64,000 bases of DNA from Verrucomicrobiia bacterium. Its GTDB lineage: Bacteria > Verrucomicrobiota > Verrucomicrobiia > Limisphaerales > UBA1319. Both the position numbers and the translations under genes were made by a program. Below, piece by piece: positions 39,558 through 50,403 of this stretch. The notes under the pieces were generated by a model. That model saw only the letters and a list, made by a program, of their open reading frames with translations. It was not told where the DNA came from and searched no databases. The stretch's first letter is position 1; the number at the start of each line of letters is the position of its first letter. The stretch covers positions 5,248,001 to 5,312,000 of the forward strand of contig OY760937.1 in the NCBI GenBank assembly GCA_963664225.1, given 5' to 3'.

Positions 39558-41267
39558 ATGAGCGTTCATCTGACGCGGGAAGAAGTTGCGCGAAAGGAAC
39601 TGGGCCGGACCGAAGTCACGCCCCGGCTGGCGTGGATCATTGTGGCTATCTACCTTGCAACCATGGCCCTGCCGCCCTGCCTGCAAATCGCGATCCACAT
39701 CGCGGGGCCGCACGCCGCTTCAGTTTCTGGCGGAGAGGCTTCTCAGCAGTCTTCAACGGTGCATCCAAGCACCGCATCCCTCCTGCCGGGGGTTGCGCCC
39801 GAGGTGCGGATTCGGTCCTTGTCGTATCTGGTCGGACTGATCCCCTCGGCGCGGCAACTTCGGGAATTCGAGGATCGCCTCAATGAGGCCTCCCTGCCGA
39901 CGCAAACACTGGCACCCTGGGTGGGCTGGGCGATCAAGGGAATCCTGCATGGCGGCGACGAACAGGCATACTTTGGCCGCGGTGGGTGGCTCTTTTACCG
40001 GCCAAGTGTGGACAGCGTCACTGGTCCAGGCTTCCTGACACGCACCTGGCAGCAAGAGCGGTTGCGCACCGCTGACAAGTCATTGCCACTCCCGCAACCA
40101 GACCCGCTCAAGGCGCTAATTCAGTTCCATGGGCAATTGGCCGCGCGCGGCATCGCGCTGGTCGTGATTCCAACTCCCGGCAAGGAAAGCCTGCATCCGG
40201 AGAAACTGGCGCCGCAGTGGAGTTGCGCCATGAATGTCGTGCAGAATCCTTCATTCGAGTTGTTCAAGGCGGAATTGGCAAAAGCGGGAATTGACGTTTT
40301 CGATCCCGCGCCGCTTCTTGAGGAGATGAATCATCGCACCGGGGGAGACGTTTATCTCAAAACTGACACCCATTGGACAGCCCCCGCAATGGAACATGCA
40401 GCCTCTCGTCTGGCCAACTGGATGCAGGAACGCGGACTGGCGCCTGCGCCGGGCTCAGGGGATTGGCAGACCCATACGCAGACGGTATTCAACACGGGGG
40501 ATATTGCCGTGATGTTGAATTTACCAAAAGGCCAACGGATTTACCCAGCCGAGAACGTTCAGATCACTCGGGTGGTGACAACCGAAGGACGCCCATGGGA
40601 ACCGGATGCAACGGCCCCGGTGCTGCTGATGGGGGACAGTTTTTGCAACATATACTCACTTGCCGAGATGGGTTGGGGCGATTCGGCGGGTTTTGCTGAA
40701 CATCTGAGCATGGCACTCCGCCAGCCGATTGATAGACTGGCGATCAACGCCGGTGGCGCGTACAGTGCGCGCCAGGAATTGGTCCGTGAACTCGCCTCCG
40801 GACGCGACCGCCTGGCTGGCAAGCGAGTTGTTCTCTACCAATTTGCGGCCAGAGAACTGGCTTTCGGCGATTGGAAACTATTGGATCTTCCGCAAGTCGC
40901 TGCTCAGTCCCAAAAAACCGCCAGCGTGGGTGGGGAACTCGTTGTACAGGGTCGGGTAAGTGCGATCGCGCGGCTGCCGCAGCCGGGTTCAGTTCCGTAC
41001 AAAGACTGTTTGATTGCCATTCATTTGACTCAGGTGCGCGGCTCTTCATCCGGAGCGGCGGAGAACGAGTTGTTGGTTTACGCCATGGGGATGCGCGATA
41101 ACCGATGGATGCCAGTTTCGTCCCTGCCAGTCGGAGGGAACATCCAGTGCCGCCTCAGCGATTGGGCGAAGGTGGAGAAGAAATATGGCGGTTACAACCG
41201 CGCCGAATTGGATGATCTGGACTTGCTGTCGCTACCCACCTTTTGGTTGGAGGAGGTGACGAAATGA
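39558..41267 (+). CDS. AlgJ/AlgX-type SGNH-like O-acetyltransferase, membrane anchored, with an extra C-terminal domain
   Basis: N-terminal TM helix; GRGGWLFY, PTPGK, DTHW preceding GDSF (permuted SGNH order). Confidence 0.88.
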   Translation: MSVHLTREEVARKELGRTEVTPRLAWIIVAIYLATMALPPCLQIAIHIAGPHAASVSGGEASQQSSTVHPSTASLLPGVAPEVRIRSLSYLVGLIPSARQLREFEDRLNEASLPTQTLAPWVGWAIKGILHGGDEQAYFGRGGWLFYRPSVDSVTGPGFLTRTWQQERLRTADKSLPLPQPDPLKALIQFHGQLAARGIALVVIPTPGKESLHPEKLAPQWSCAMNVVQNPSFELFKAELAKAGIDVFDPAPLLEEMNHRTGGDVYLKTDTHWTAPAMEHAASRLANWMQERGLAPAPGSGDWQTHTQTVFNTGDIAVMLNLPKGQRIYPAENVQITRVVTTEGRPWEPDATAPVLLMGDSFCNIYSLAEMGWGDSAGFAEHLSMALRQPIDRLAINAGGAYSARQELVRELASGRDRLAGKRVVLYQFAARELAFGDWKLLDLPQVAAQSQKTASVGGELVVQGRVSAIARLPQPGSVPYKDCLIAIHLTQVRGSSSGAAENELLVYAMGMRDNRWMPVSSLPVGGNIQCRLSDWAKVEKKYGGYNRAELDDLDLLSLPTFWLEEVTK

Positions 41268-41376
41268 TCGCCGAAATTCTGATCCATCCTCGCCTCGCAT
41301 TGGAATGGCGGCGGGATGCCATCGCAACCATCCTTGAATTGGGTTCATCGCAAACGGCGGAGTATCTTTTTTTCAA

Positions 41377-42423
41377 ATGAAAACACCGAAATTCATCTTT
41401 GTGGTCGCCTTCTTTTCAGCGGCCTTCTCCTGCAATGCCGCCAGCGCAACGAACGCTTTGGAGACCCTCTCCAGTCGGTTTGCGGGGATCGCGGCTGCAG
41501 CCGAAGCTCAACAACACGCCGCCATTGCCAGTCAGGAGGGTTGGCTTTTCCTGACGGCCGAACTGCGCCACTTGGGCGTTGGGCATTTCTGGGGCCAGGA
41601 TGCAAAAACGGCCAGCCGGTCAGCGAACAGCGAAGCTGCGGATCCGCTCCCGGCCATTCTGGACTTTAACGCGCAACTCAAACGTGAAGGAATTGAACTC
41701 ATTCTCATGCCTGTGCCTCCCAAAGCGGCCATATATGCCGACAAGGTATTGGACCGGGCAACACCCCATGATGGCGGATCCCGACCCGATGTAGCGGACG
41801 CGGCCTTCTATCAGGTGTGCGCAGAGCAGGGAATCAAGGTGCTCGATTTGGGACCCGCCTTCTGGAGCGCCCGGAAAGCGGAGGCCACGCCACTCTATTG
41901 CATGACCGACTCGCATTGGTCCGGCCGCGGTTGCGTGGTGGCCGCCGGGGCCCTGTGTCAGGAACTCCGCACCCGGGCGTGGTTGGACAGCGTTCCAAAG
42001 AGGGTGTTCAAGAGCGATTGGCGGGAGGCGGAAATCCAGGGGGACCTGGCCGACCTCGTGGATCCCAAGGCCGCTCCTGAGAAGGTTCGATTGCGCTTTT
42101 TAACAGGCCCGGATGGTCCACCGGGTGACTGGCGGGAAAGTCCCATCTTGCTTTTGGGAGACAGCCATACCTTGGTATTTCATGCTGGGGAAGACATGCA
42201 CAGCACTGGAGCTGGCCTGGCCGATCAACTCGCTTTGGAATTGGGTTTTCCTGTGGACGTCGTGGGGGTTCGTGGCTCTGGCGCCACTCCAGCCCGCATT
42301 AACCTTCTCCGTCGAAAGGACAACCTGGCCGGTAAAAAAATCGTCATCTGGTGCTTCAGCGCCCGTGAATTCACCGAAGCGCCAGCTGGATGGAGGCTCA
42401 TTCCAGTCATCGGAAGAAAGTAA
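41377..42423 (+). CDS. Second AlgJ/AlgX-type SGNH-like protein, periplasmic
   Basis: Signal peptide; EGWLFL, PVPPK, DSHW then GDSH. Confidence 0.88.
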   Translation: MKTPKFIFVVAFFSAAFSCNAASATNALETLSSRFAGIAAAAEAQQHAAIASQEGWLFLTAELRHLGVGHFWGQDAKTASRSANSEAADPLPAILDFNAQLKREGIELILMPVPPKAAIYADKVLDRATPHDGGSRPDVADAAFYQVCAEQGIKVLDLGPAFWSARKAEATPLYCMTDSHWSGRGCVVAAGALCQELRTRAWLDSVPKRVFKSDWREAEIQGDLADLVDPKAAPEKVRLRFLTGPDGPPGDWRESPILLLGDSHTLVFHAGEDMHSTGAGLADQLALELGFPVDVVGVRGSGATPARINLLRRKDNLAGKKIVIWCFSAREFTEAPAGWRLIPVIGRK

Positions 42424-42434
42424 CATTATCTGGC

Positions 42435-45356
42435 ATGAAACCTAACTTTTTAACCTCCCTTTTCGTGGTTCTTTGCGGACTTCTTTGTCCGTGTGAATTG
42501 GTGGCTGCCGGACCAGCTCTCGTTCGGAATGACCCTCTGATCGACTTCAATTGGGGTGGTGCATCGCCCGGCCAGGGTGTGCCTGCGGATGGCTTCTCCG
42601 TCCGCTGGACCGGGTCGATCAAATTGCCGCGGGACGGGAAATTCACTTTTTACACGGTCTCCGACGATGGAATTCGGCTCTGGGTGGACGACCAGTTGGT
42701 GATCGATAACTGGACCAATCATGGCGAGACGGAAAACCAGGGCCAGATCGAGCTGTGGGGTGCCAGGCCCCATCCCATCCGCCTTGAGTATTACGATGAC
42801 ACTGGCGCAGCAGTCGCGAAGCTCTTGTGGTCAGGTCCGGGCTTCGAGAAACAAGTCATTCCCACTCAATCACTCTTTCCTGACCTCTGGTTGGAGAGCG
42901 CGAAGGGCACCGGACTGCGGGCGGTTTATTATTCAGGCACAGAATTGGGCGGGACTGCCGAGGACAATATTCCTCCGGGAAATGCGGAGGGGTTGCGGCA
43001 GATGGCCAAACTGGGCCGCGGCTTCGTCGTCTGGGAATCCAACCGCACCGGCAACTGGCGCATCTGGCATCGCAATTTCGATGGCTCCGACTTGCGGCAG
43101 GTCTCGCCTGATGAAACGGACCGCGCCCACCTGGCCCCGCACATCAGTCCCGATGGCACCCAGCTTGTGTATGTGAGCGTTCCTCACGCTCTTCTAATAA
43201 GCTGGCGAGAGGATGCCCCGGACGGCATTCCCATGTATCTGATCAACATCGATGGTTCCGGGTTGAAGAAGATCGCCGCCAATGCGCGGACCTACGGCGG
43301 AGATCGTGCCGCCGTCTGGCTGGACAACGATAACCTGATCTACCTCCCTGCAGGCAAAGGTCCGACCAAACTCAACATCCGGACCGGGGTGGAAGATCGG
43401 CTCCCACCCAACGGGCTTTGGCTGCCCAACCGGTCGATGACTTGTGCCACCACGGGAACCCCCACTTTCAGCCCCTACGATGCGGCCAGCGGCACGATCA
43501 GCGAGCAGGCCGCTTTCGGCGGTTGCATGCCGTATTTCAGCAATGATGGTGTCTGGGGTTTCTGGATGGGGGGCGCGGGGGGACCGATTAATCGCATTCG
43601 CCTCGGAAACCGACAGGTCAGCCCCATCATTAACCTCCACGACAGCCGCATGCCTGCCGACCGCGCCTATCTCTACTTTCCCATGTTCTCACGCTCCCAG
43701 CGCCTGTTTGCGTTCGGCGCTTCACCTGACCAGCACGACCACTCCATATCGGACTACGACATCTTTGTTGCCCAGGCGAATCCCGACACCCTGGAAATTA
43801 TCGGCAAGCCGGTTCGTTACACCTTTAATCGGGCCACGGATCGCTATCCGGACGTCTTCCTCGCCGACTTTGAACTCGGCACCCGAGACGGTGAAGCCCC
43901 CTTCGAGGTTGAATTTGCAACAGACAAATATTCCGGCGATTGGAACTGGGATTTTGGCGATGGTTCGCCGACAGGCGGGCAATCAAGGCACCTGTTCACC
44001 CGGCCCGGCGAATACGATGTGCGCGCCGCCCAGGGAGACAAATCTCTGCGCGGCCGTGTCCGGGTGCGCGCGGCCCAACCGCCCGCTGTGCAGGCTGTAT
44101 TTCTTCAAGGCGATCGTGAAGTGGTGGTCGAGTTTGATGAACCTATCGACATTTCCCGTATGAGCCTGACCGCGCCCCAGGGAATCCAGATTGCTGCCAG
44201 GCGCGTGGAAAAGCAGCGACTGCGTTTGACGCTCTCCTCCGAGCTAAAGCAGGAAATTACCCTTGGCCTGAGCGAAATCAGGGATCTAGCCCAGCGCCCC
44301 AATACGCTCGCCTCCACAAATGTCGTCGTTCGCCCGCTGGAATGGCCCGCTGACCGCAAAGGCTTGGTATTTGCCTGGCGAACGGCTGCGGTCCCTGTCA
44401 ACGCGGTCAATCCGGACACCGGAAAACCCGTGGCCAGCAAACTTACGCGACGCGACGCGGCCCGTCTGGACCATGATTCTGCCATGGTCCTCAATGGCGG
44501 ATCGTGCATCGCGACCAATGCCGAAACGCCTCTCCTTGAGGCCTGCCGGGCCTCGAACGCATTGACCATCGAAGCCACCATCACACCCGCCAGCATCACG
44601 CAGGAGGGGCCCGCGCGCATCGTTTCTTTCTCCTCGGACCCATCAAGCCGGAATTTCACCTTGGGCCAGCAGAAGGACAAACTCATCGTGCGACTGCGCA
44701 CTCCCCAGACCGGAACAAACGGCACGCCGCCGGAGCTTGAAGTCTGTTCTGTTGCGGCCAACGGCACGCATCACGTCATGGTGAGCTATACTGGTGGGCA
44801 ACTCGTCTGCTATCTGGACGGTGCAAAGGTGCTGGAGTCCTCGAAAGTTCAAGGCGATTTCAGCAACTGGTCCCCGCAACACCTCGTCCTCGGCGACGAA
44901 TGGAACGGCCAGCGTAATTGGTCGGGCGCCCTGGAGGGAGTGGCCATCTTCTCACGTACGCTCAGCGCTGATGAGGTGCGGCGCGAGTACGAGGCCTATC
45001 AGCGCATCCGTGCCAGGCGCGCCGCGGTGCCCCAACTGGCCGTTGACGCCGAACTGATCAGCCTGTCTAAGATTCCGACTTTGAAGGAAATCCTGCCCTA
45101 TCGGGAGGCCTTGATGGTGGGTGAATATCGGGTGACAAAGGTGGTCGATGGGAAACTGGAAGCAGCCACCGTGCGCGTGGTGCATTGGGCCTTGCTCGAC
45201 GGTGCCGCAAGGACTCCCACAACACGCAAGCCCGGATGGTCCGGCCGACTCAATCTCGAGGCCTTTGAGGCAAATCCCCAGCTCAAGAGTCTCTTCCTGA
45301 GCGATACTCTCAAGGAGAACTTCGAGGCGGAGCTGTTTTATGATTCGGCCATCTAA
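42435..45356 (+). CDS. Secreted multidomain protein: PA14, TolB-like/PD40 propeller, PKD, Ig-like, LamG
   Basis: IDFNWG...FSVRWTG...SDDGIRLWVD (PA14); WESNRTGNW, ISPDG (PD40); WDFGDG (PKD); HHV..SY...YLDG...LGDE..W.G.LE.VAIFSR.LS (LamG). Confidence 0.88.
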   Translation: MKPNFLTSLFVVLCGLLCPCELVAAGPALVRNDPLIDFNWGGASPGQGVPADGFSVRWTGSIKLPRDGKFTFYTVSDDGIRLWVDDQLVIDNWTNHGETENQGQIELWGARPHPIRLEYYDDTGAAVAKLLWSGPGFEKQVIPTQSLFPDLWLESAKGTGLRAVYYSGTELGGTAEDNIPPGNAEGLRQMAKLGRGFVVWESNRTGNWRIWHRNFDGSDLRQVSPDETDRAHLAPHISPDGTQLVYVSVPHALLISWREDAPDGIPMYLINIDGSGLKKIAANARTYGGDRAAVWLDNDNLIYLPAGKGPTKLNIRTGVEDRLPPNGLWLPNRSMTCATTGTPTFSPYDAASGTISEQAAFGGCMPYFSNDGVWGFWMGGAGGPINRIRLGNRQVSPIINLHDSRMPADRAYLYFPMFSRSQRLFAFGASPDQHDHSISDYDIFVAQANPDTLEIIGKPVRYTFNRATDRYPDVFLADFELGTRDGEAPFEVEFATDKYSGDWNWDFGDGSPTGGQSRHLFTRPGEYDVRAAQGDKSLRGRVRVRAAQPPAVQAVFLQGDREVVVEFDEPIDISRMSLTAPQGIQIAARRVEKQRLRLTLSSELKQEITLGLSEIRDLAQRPNTLASTNVVVRPLEWPADRKGLVFAWRTAAVPVNAVNPDTGKPVASKLTRRDAARLDHDSAMVLNGGSCIATNAETPLLEACRASNALTIEATITPASITQEGPARIVSFSSDPSSRNFTLGQQKDKLIVRLRTPQTGTNGTPPELEVCSVAANGTHHVMVSYTGGQLVCYLDGAKVLESSKVQGDFSNWSPQHLVLGDEWNGQRNWSGALEGVAIFSRTLSADEVRREYEAYQRIRARRAAVPQLAVDAELISLSKIPTLKEILPYREALMVGEYRVTKVVDGKLEAATVRVVHWALLDGAARTPTTRKPGWSGRLNLEAFEANPQLKSLFLSDTLKENFEAELFYDSAI

Positions 45357-45452
45357 ATGGCGTGGGATGCAGGGGCGTTCCCTTGATCGACTTTGACCGA
45401 CCTTCTGTTAACTGAAAAAATGAATAAGTTTAATACAGTGCGCGGCGGAGCA

Positions 45453-47612
45453 ATGACCACCCGGCTGGTTCTGTTCTGCGTTCGCGCCATGGGTTTCGCG
45501 ACACTTCTACTGAGCGTAATTAACACGGCCGCCCTGGACACGCCATGGCAGGTAGCCGGGCAGCCTGAACTAAAGCACGACCTGGAACAGGCGCCCAGGC
45601 TGCAGACCGAGGCGTTGGGCGAGCCCGCTCGCGGGGTGAATGTTTGGGAACGCTGGATGGTGCCCAATGCCGATGGCAAATCGTGGGACCTCCTGCAGAT
45701 CTATTTCAAGGAGTATTATGGGCCTACGTGGCTCTTTGCGGTCGATCTGGGCACTGGGCAAGTGAAGAAACAGCGGCTGGCTGATGACCACCAATTCTAC
45801 CTCTCCGGCAGGGCGCTCGGTTTCGACGGCAAGTACTACATCGCCATGCCGTCCCGAAAAACCTGGAGTATGGACCTGTTCGTTTACGATCCGGCGACAA
45901 ACACAGTGGAAGAACGAGGTGAGATCGTTCCCGGCCTTGGCGGTGAGGTTCGGCCGCTTGTGGTCGGTCCCGATGGCCGAATCTATGGCACCGGCACGAG
46001 GGGGAACCGGGTCGGCCTGTATATCTACGACCCGAAACTGGGCAAGGTGGTGAAGGACTTCGGTTCCGTGGGGCCGAGCCATCCCAATGGTGCCTGGAGT
46101 CGCTATGTCATGGGGGTGGACGACACGCACGCATATATCGCCAGTGGAATGATTCCCGCATGGTACCTCGTGGCGGTCAACCTCGAAACGGGCGAACAGA
46201 AAGTGCTGCTGGAATCGCCCACGGAACGCAAAATGGACATCCTCGAGCAATTCCCGGGGGCCTACGCCCGCATTCCCCAGGGCGGCGGCGCGCCCGACAA
46301 GGAATACTGGCTCTATCATGGTCAGGCGCTCCCGAAGCTCAATGACACACCACCGTGGCCGGGGAATGCCTCTCCCTGGGACAAGGCCATGCCGAGGCCG
46401 GAAGTCTATTTCGATCAGATCGATCCCGATGTCGAAGGCAATGCAGTGGTGTGGTACCGGTCACAGGAGGACGCAAAGGCTGAAAAAACCCTTCGCAGTG
46501 ACGGTGCCAGCATTGAAAAATCCGACGACGCCAGGCTGAAAGCCCTCGGCTGGAAATCGGTCCGTCTGGAGGGCGTCCCCGCTTATCCCCACCGCATCAA
46601 CCCTCTGTCGATCCTTCCTGACGGCCGCCTTTATGGCACGGGTGACGACTACGTGGGCACCTTCATCTTCGACCCCAAGACCGACCAAAGCACCTACTGT
46701 GGCCCGCGCACCGGCCTTGCGCCGTACACGACCATCGTCTGTGGTGGCAAGCTCTATTCCAGCGGCTACGCGGGCGGCCCGCTTTTCGTCTATGATCCCG
46801 GGCAACCCTGGACCCTGGGAAAAGGCGGCCCGCCAAATCAACCCGCTCTCGGCCCGGATAATCCGCATCGTGTGGGGGAATTGGACCGCTCCACGCGCGT
46901 GGCCATCATGCACAGCTCCGCCTTGGGCGCCGACGGGAGGATCTACTTTGGCGGATACGGGGAGCGCGGATATACTGGCGGCGGTCTCGGTTGGTATGAT
47001 CCGAAGACGGGGGAAATGAATGGCCTTTGGAAGCCCTTGAGTGGTTATGCCGTCCAATGGATCGCGCCGGTCCTTGACGGTCGGTTGATCGCGATTTCCA
47101 CGATCCGGGCTCCGGACGAATTGAATAACAACCAGGTCCCTGAAGAAGCCAGGCTGTTCATCTACGACGTGAGCGCGCAGAAGTTTGTCCGTGACATCGT
47201 CCCGGTGCCAAAAGGTCATACGACCGGGCTTATTGCTGAAGTTGCGCCCGGGCGTTTGCTTGGATTGACCTCGGACCGGGACCATAAAGACCGCAGCATC
47301 CTCTACGGGCTTGACGTCTCCACGGGCGCCGTGCTTTTCACCAGGGAACTGCCCTCGCCGGTCTCGACCGACGCCTATTGGCCCCACTGGGTGGATCCTT
47401 CATACGAATATCATGCCTTCGCGCCCGGGCCGGATGGTTTCATTTGGACCTACCTGAAGGATGTGCTGGTGCGCATCGATCCCAAGGACGCGAGCGTGCA
47501 TGTCGTTGGCAGGGTTGATCCGGTGGGTTGGCCGACTTTCGTAGGGCGCGACCTCTACCTGTCGGGCCACGAACAGTTGCGGCGCATTCGCAACATCGTT
47601 CCGGCTCGATAA
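45453..47612 (+). CDS. Secreted beta-propeller protein of unknown function (start uncertain, 45393-45490)
   Basis: Signal-like N-terminus; repeated GPDGRIYG / YDPKTG blades. Confidence 0.8.
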   Translation: MTTRLVLFCVRAMGFATLLLSVINTAALDTPWQVAGQPELKHDLEQAPRLQTEALGEPARGVNVWERWMVPNADGKSWDLLQIYFKEYYGPTWLFAVDLGTGQVKKQRLADDHQFYLSGRALGFDGKYYIAMPSRKTWSMDLFVYDPATNTVEERGEIVPGLGGEVRPLVVGPDGRIYGTGTRGNRVGLYIYDPKLGKVVKDFGSVGPSHPNGAWSRYVMGVDDTHAYIASGMIPAWYLVAVNLETGEQKVLLESPTERKMDILEQFPGAYARIPQGGGAPDKEYWLYHGQALPKLNDTPPWPGNASPWDKAMPRPEVYFDQIDPDVEGNAVVWYRSQEDAKAEKTLRSDGASIEKSDDARLKALGWKSVRLEGVPAYPHRINPLSILPDGRLYGTGDDYVGTFIFDPKTDQSTYCGPRTGLAPYTTIVCGGKLYSSGYAGGPLFVYDPGQPWTLGKGGPPNQPALGPDNPHRVGELDRSTRVAIMHSSALGADGRIYFGGYGERGYTGGGLGWYDPKTGEMNGLWKPLSGYAVQWIAPVLDGRLIAISTIRAPDELNNNQVPEEARLFIYDVSAQKFVRDIVPVPKGHTTGLIAEVAPGRLLGLTSDRDHKDRSILYGLDVSTGAVLFTRELPSPVSTDAYWPHWVDPSYEYHAFAPGPDGFIWTYLKDVLVRIDPKDASVHVVGRVDPVGWPTFVGRDLYLSGHEQLRRIRNIVPAR

Positions 47613-47681
47613 ACCTGGCCCCCGCGACTGCAGAGTGCGGTTCTGTGTTTCGCCCAATCCGCTGCCGCTGCCATCGTATGC

Positions 47682-48257
47682 ATCCTTAGTTGCACCCCCA
47701 CAGTCGGGTGCCCGTCAATCTCGAGATTGCAGAAAGAGATTCAGTAGGGCCATGCTGCGTGGAAAGCACGGTCGAGCCGCCTGATTTCAGAGATGTCGTG
47801 AATATCACGAGGGTCAGCATCCCAGCCCTCAATGCTGAAGACCACGCAGTTGATCACCAGCCGGAGGCGGCGACCTCATTTTGACCGGAATGGTTCTGAT
47901 TTCAGCAATCCTGGGATGCTGGCTGGACAAAAACTTGGCTTCGATATAGATGCTCGGGCTCCTTAGAGTTCAGGTGCCGTGGACGATCACGGTGGGGACA
48001 CTGGTGTGCGCGAGTGCCGGGCTGGTCACGTGGCTGGTCATGCTGTATAATCTGCCCGACCCCAGTTGAGCCGCACACGTAATTTGTTTGTCGCTGTCGC
48101 CATCAGTGGCCATGGCGCTGAAGGTTAAATAACACGGTGCCCGAGGATCAACTTTTTGCCATCGACAGGTCCTGAGCCTCGGTCTTTTTTGGACCTCACT
48201 CAGGTGGGGAGGGGACGTATTATGAGCCGGACTCGCCTGTCTGGAACAATTCCAGGC
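47682..48257 (+). repeat. Degenerate mosaic module, copy B
   Basis: Homologous to 35395-36137, with an internal replacement at about 47911-47972. Confidence 0.75.
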
Positions 48258-48400
48258 TGGTGTGAAGAAATGAAGGCTCGCATGGCTTTCATTGTGTTGG
48301 TGCCACAAGATTGGTCCGCCGAGACGAATGTATCCTGGGCAATCTTTAGGGATGGGTCACAGGGAGACTTTTATTTGGCCTTTGCCAAGGCGACGGGCGC

Positions 48401-48600
48401 TCAATGTCTCCCCGTGACGGGGTAGCCTGCCCGGCGTAAATCCTCTGCCAAATCCATTTCCATCTGTACCGCCGCGTCGAAGGGCATGGGATTAAGATGC
48501 ACAAACAGTTCAGACATCAGCCGCAGGCCATCGCGTTCGACCACATCTACCGACTCGATGCTCCGCCGGTGATTTTCGAAGCGTTCCTCTGGGGTCAGAT
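48401..48600 (-). pseudogene. C-terminal fragment of a small GIY-YIG-like protein
   Basis: LTPEERFENHR...GLRL..ELF.HLNPMPFDAAVQMEMDLAEDLRRAGY.V.G.H; the N-terminal GIY-YIG strands are absent. Confidence 0.5.
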
Positions 48601-49030
48601 GCGGCGTCGAAGGTTTTGCGCTGCACCAGTTCGATGTTGCGGGTGACGGGACCGGTCGCGAGCAGCGTGCCGGCATGCCCGAGGGAGGCGACAAACTGAA
48701 TGCCGAACCGAAAAAGGAGGCCGCTGACAACAACTCGCAGGCAGCGTTCCTGCATTGACCGGTATTGCTGCGGTATCGTTCATGTGGGAGCGCTTTTCTG
48801 TTCGGTCTGTGCCTGGCACTGGTTTTTCATGATTTATTCTTGCGCACAAAGATCAACTGTCATGATACTTCGGTAAATCACAAGCGGCAGCGTAATCCGG
48901 ATTGTCAGCTTTTTATGAATCAATTGGGTGTCTCACCGCACTCTGTCTTTACTCGATGGCCACTGCCGGGCCCGCCACCGCTCCATGTCGGACGCGTGGA
49001 AGATCCTCCACCGAATAGGAAAACCAAAAT

Positions 49031-50260
49031 ATGCCAAACTTACATTCATCCATTGAAGGCCAAGGCACGTCGCGCGGGCTGAATCGGCGCCAATTTCTTT
49101 CCAGCACGGGTGCGGCCACCTTGGGGTTAACCATGCTCAAACCGAGTCTGATCGGTGCCGCCGAGGCCAAAGTCAATATTGGGCTGATCGGCTGTGGCGG
49201 ACGCGGTTCCTGGATTGCAGGGGTGTTCCAGAACCACGGGGGCTATAATGTCGTGGCAGTGGCCGACTATTTCCAGGACAAGGCTGACAATGCCGGGCAA
49301 AAACTTGGCGTACCTGAGGCCAAAAGGTTCGCCGGCCTGAACGGATATCGAAAGTTGCTCGATGAGAAATTGGACGCGGTCATGATTATAAGCCCGCCCT
49401 ACTTCCATCCTGAACATGCGGCCGCCGCAGTCGAGGCGGGCAAACACGTTTACCTGGCCAAGCCCATTGCAGTGGATGTGCCAGGGTGCCAGACCATCGC
49501 CGAGAGCGGTCGGAAGGCCACCGACAAGAAACTGGCATTCCTGGTTGATTTTCAAACCCGATCCACACCTTCCTTCCAGGAGGTCGCCAAACGCATCCAT
49601 GCCGGAGAGATCGGCACTATCAAAACGGCCGAAGCTGCCTACCAATGCAGCCTTTATTTTGCCGAGATGGACGCTGCGTTCCGTCAGAGCACGAAAGACA
49701 ACGCCGCCCGCCTCCGCGCATGGGCCATCGACCGCGTGCTGTCCGGCGACATCATTACAGAGCAGAATATCCATGCCCTGGATGTGGCCACCTGGTACCT
49801 GAATGCCGCGCCTGTCAAGGCGGTGGGCACCGGAGGACGCGCCCGTAATTTTACGGGTGATTGTTGGGACCATTTTTCGGTCATCTTCACTTTTCCACAA
49901 GAAGTCATTGTCACATTCAGTTCGAAGCAGTTCGGCTCTTTCTACGATGACATCATGTGCCGTGTTTACGGCACCAACGGTTCGGCGGAGGCCCATTACG
50001 GCGGCAAGGCCTGGGTGCGCAGCAGTGAAGACGCCTTCGAAGGCGGCTGGACCGACGGGGTTGTTACGAATATCGCCACCTTCCACAAAAACATCAGCGA
50101 AGGACACCATGAAAACCCGACAGTGGACCCGAGCGTTCGCAGCAATCTGACAACCATCCTTGGGCGCACGGCTGCCTATAAACGAACCGAAGTCACCTGG
50201 GATGACATGATTAAGGCCAATGAGAAATGGACCTTCGATACCAAGGGACTCAAGGGGTAG
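49031..50260 (+). CDS. Tat-exported Gfo/Idh/MocA oxidoreductase
   Basis: LNRRQFL twin-arginine leader; GLIGCGGRG, HVYLAKP, EQNIHALD. Confidence 0.93.
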   Translation: MPNLHSSIEGQGTSRGLNRRQFLSSTGAATLGLTMLKPSLIGAAEAKVNIGLIGCGGRGSWIAGVFQNHGGYNVVAVADYFQDKADNAGQKLGVPEAKRFAGLNGYRKLLDEKLDAVMIISPPYFHPEHAAAAVEAGKHVYLAKPIAVDVPGCQTIAESGRKATDKKLAFLVDFQTRSTPSFQEVAKRIHAGEIGTIKTAEAAYQCSLYFAEMDAAFRQSTKDNAARLRAWAIDRVLSGDIITEQNIHALDVATWYLNAAPVKAVGTGGRARNFTGDCWDHFSVIFTFPQEVIVTFSSKQFGSFYDDIMCRVYGTNGSAEAHYGGKAWVRSSEDAFEGGWTDGVVTNIATFHKNISEGHHENPTVDPSVRSNLTTILGRTAAYKRTEVTWDDMIKANEKWTFDTKGLKG

Positions 50261-50403
50261 GAATCGCACGGATGAGATCGACACGCCCGGACGGGAGCTC
50301 GGGTTTGGTTATACAATCCGGGGGGTGGTATCATTTAAGTTCAGTGATAATAACTCCAATGCACCGTCGAATCTCAATCTCAACAACCTCCATAAAAAAC
50401 CTC

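Noticed and set aside
35395..48257. Diverged repeat pair as a DGR template/variable region
   Set aside because: Mismatches involve all four bases and indels, and no reverse transcriptase is present.
49127..50284. Long antisense ORFs (also 22581-23810, 59834-61141, 46461-47387, 62137-62757)
   Set aside because: Shadows of well-supported genes on the opposite strand in GC-rich DNA, with no motifs.
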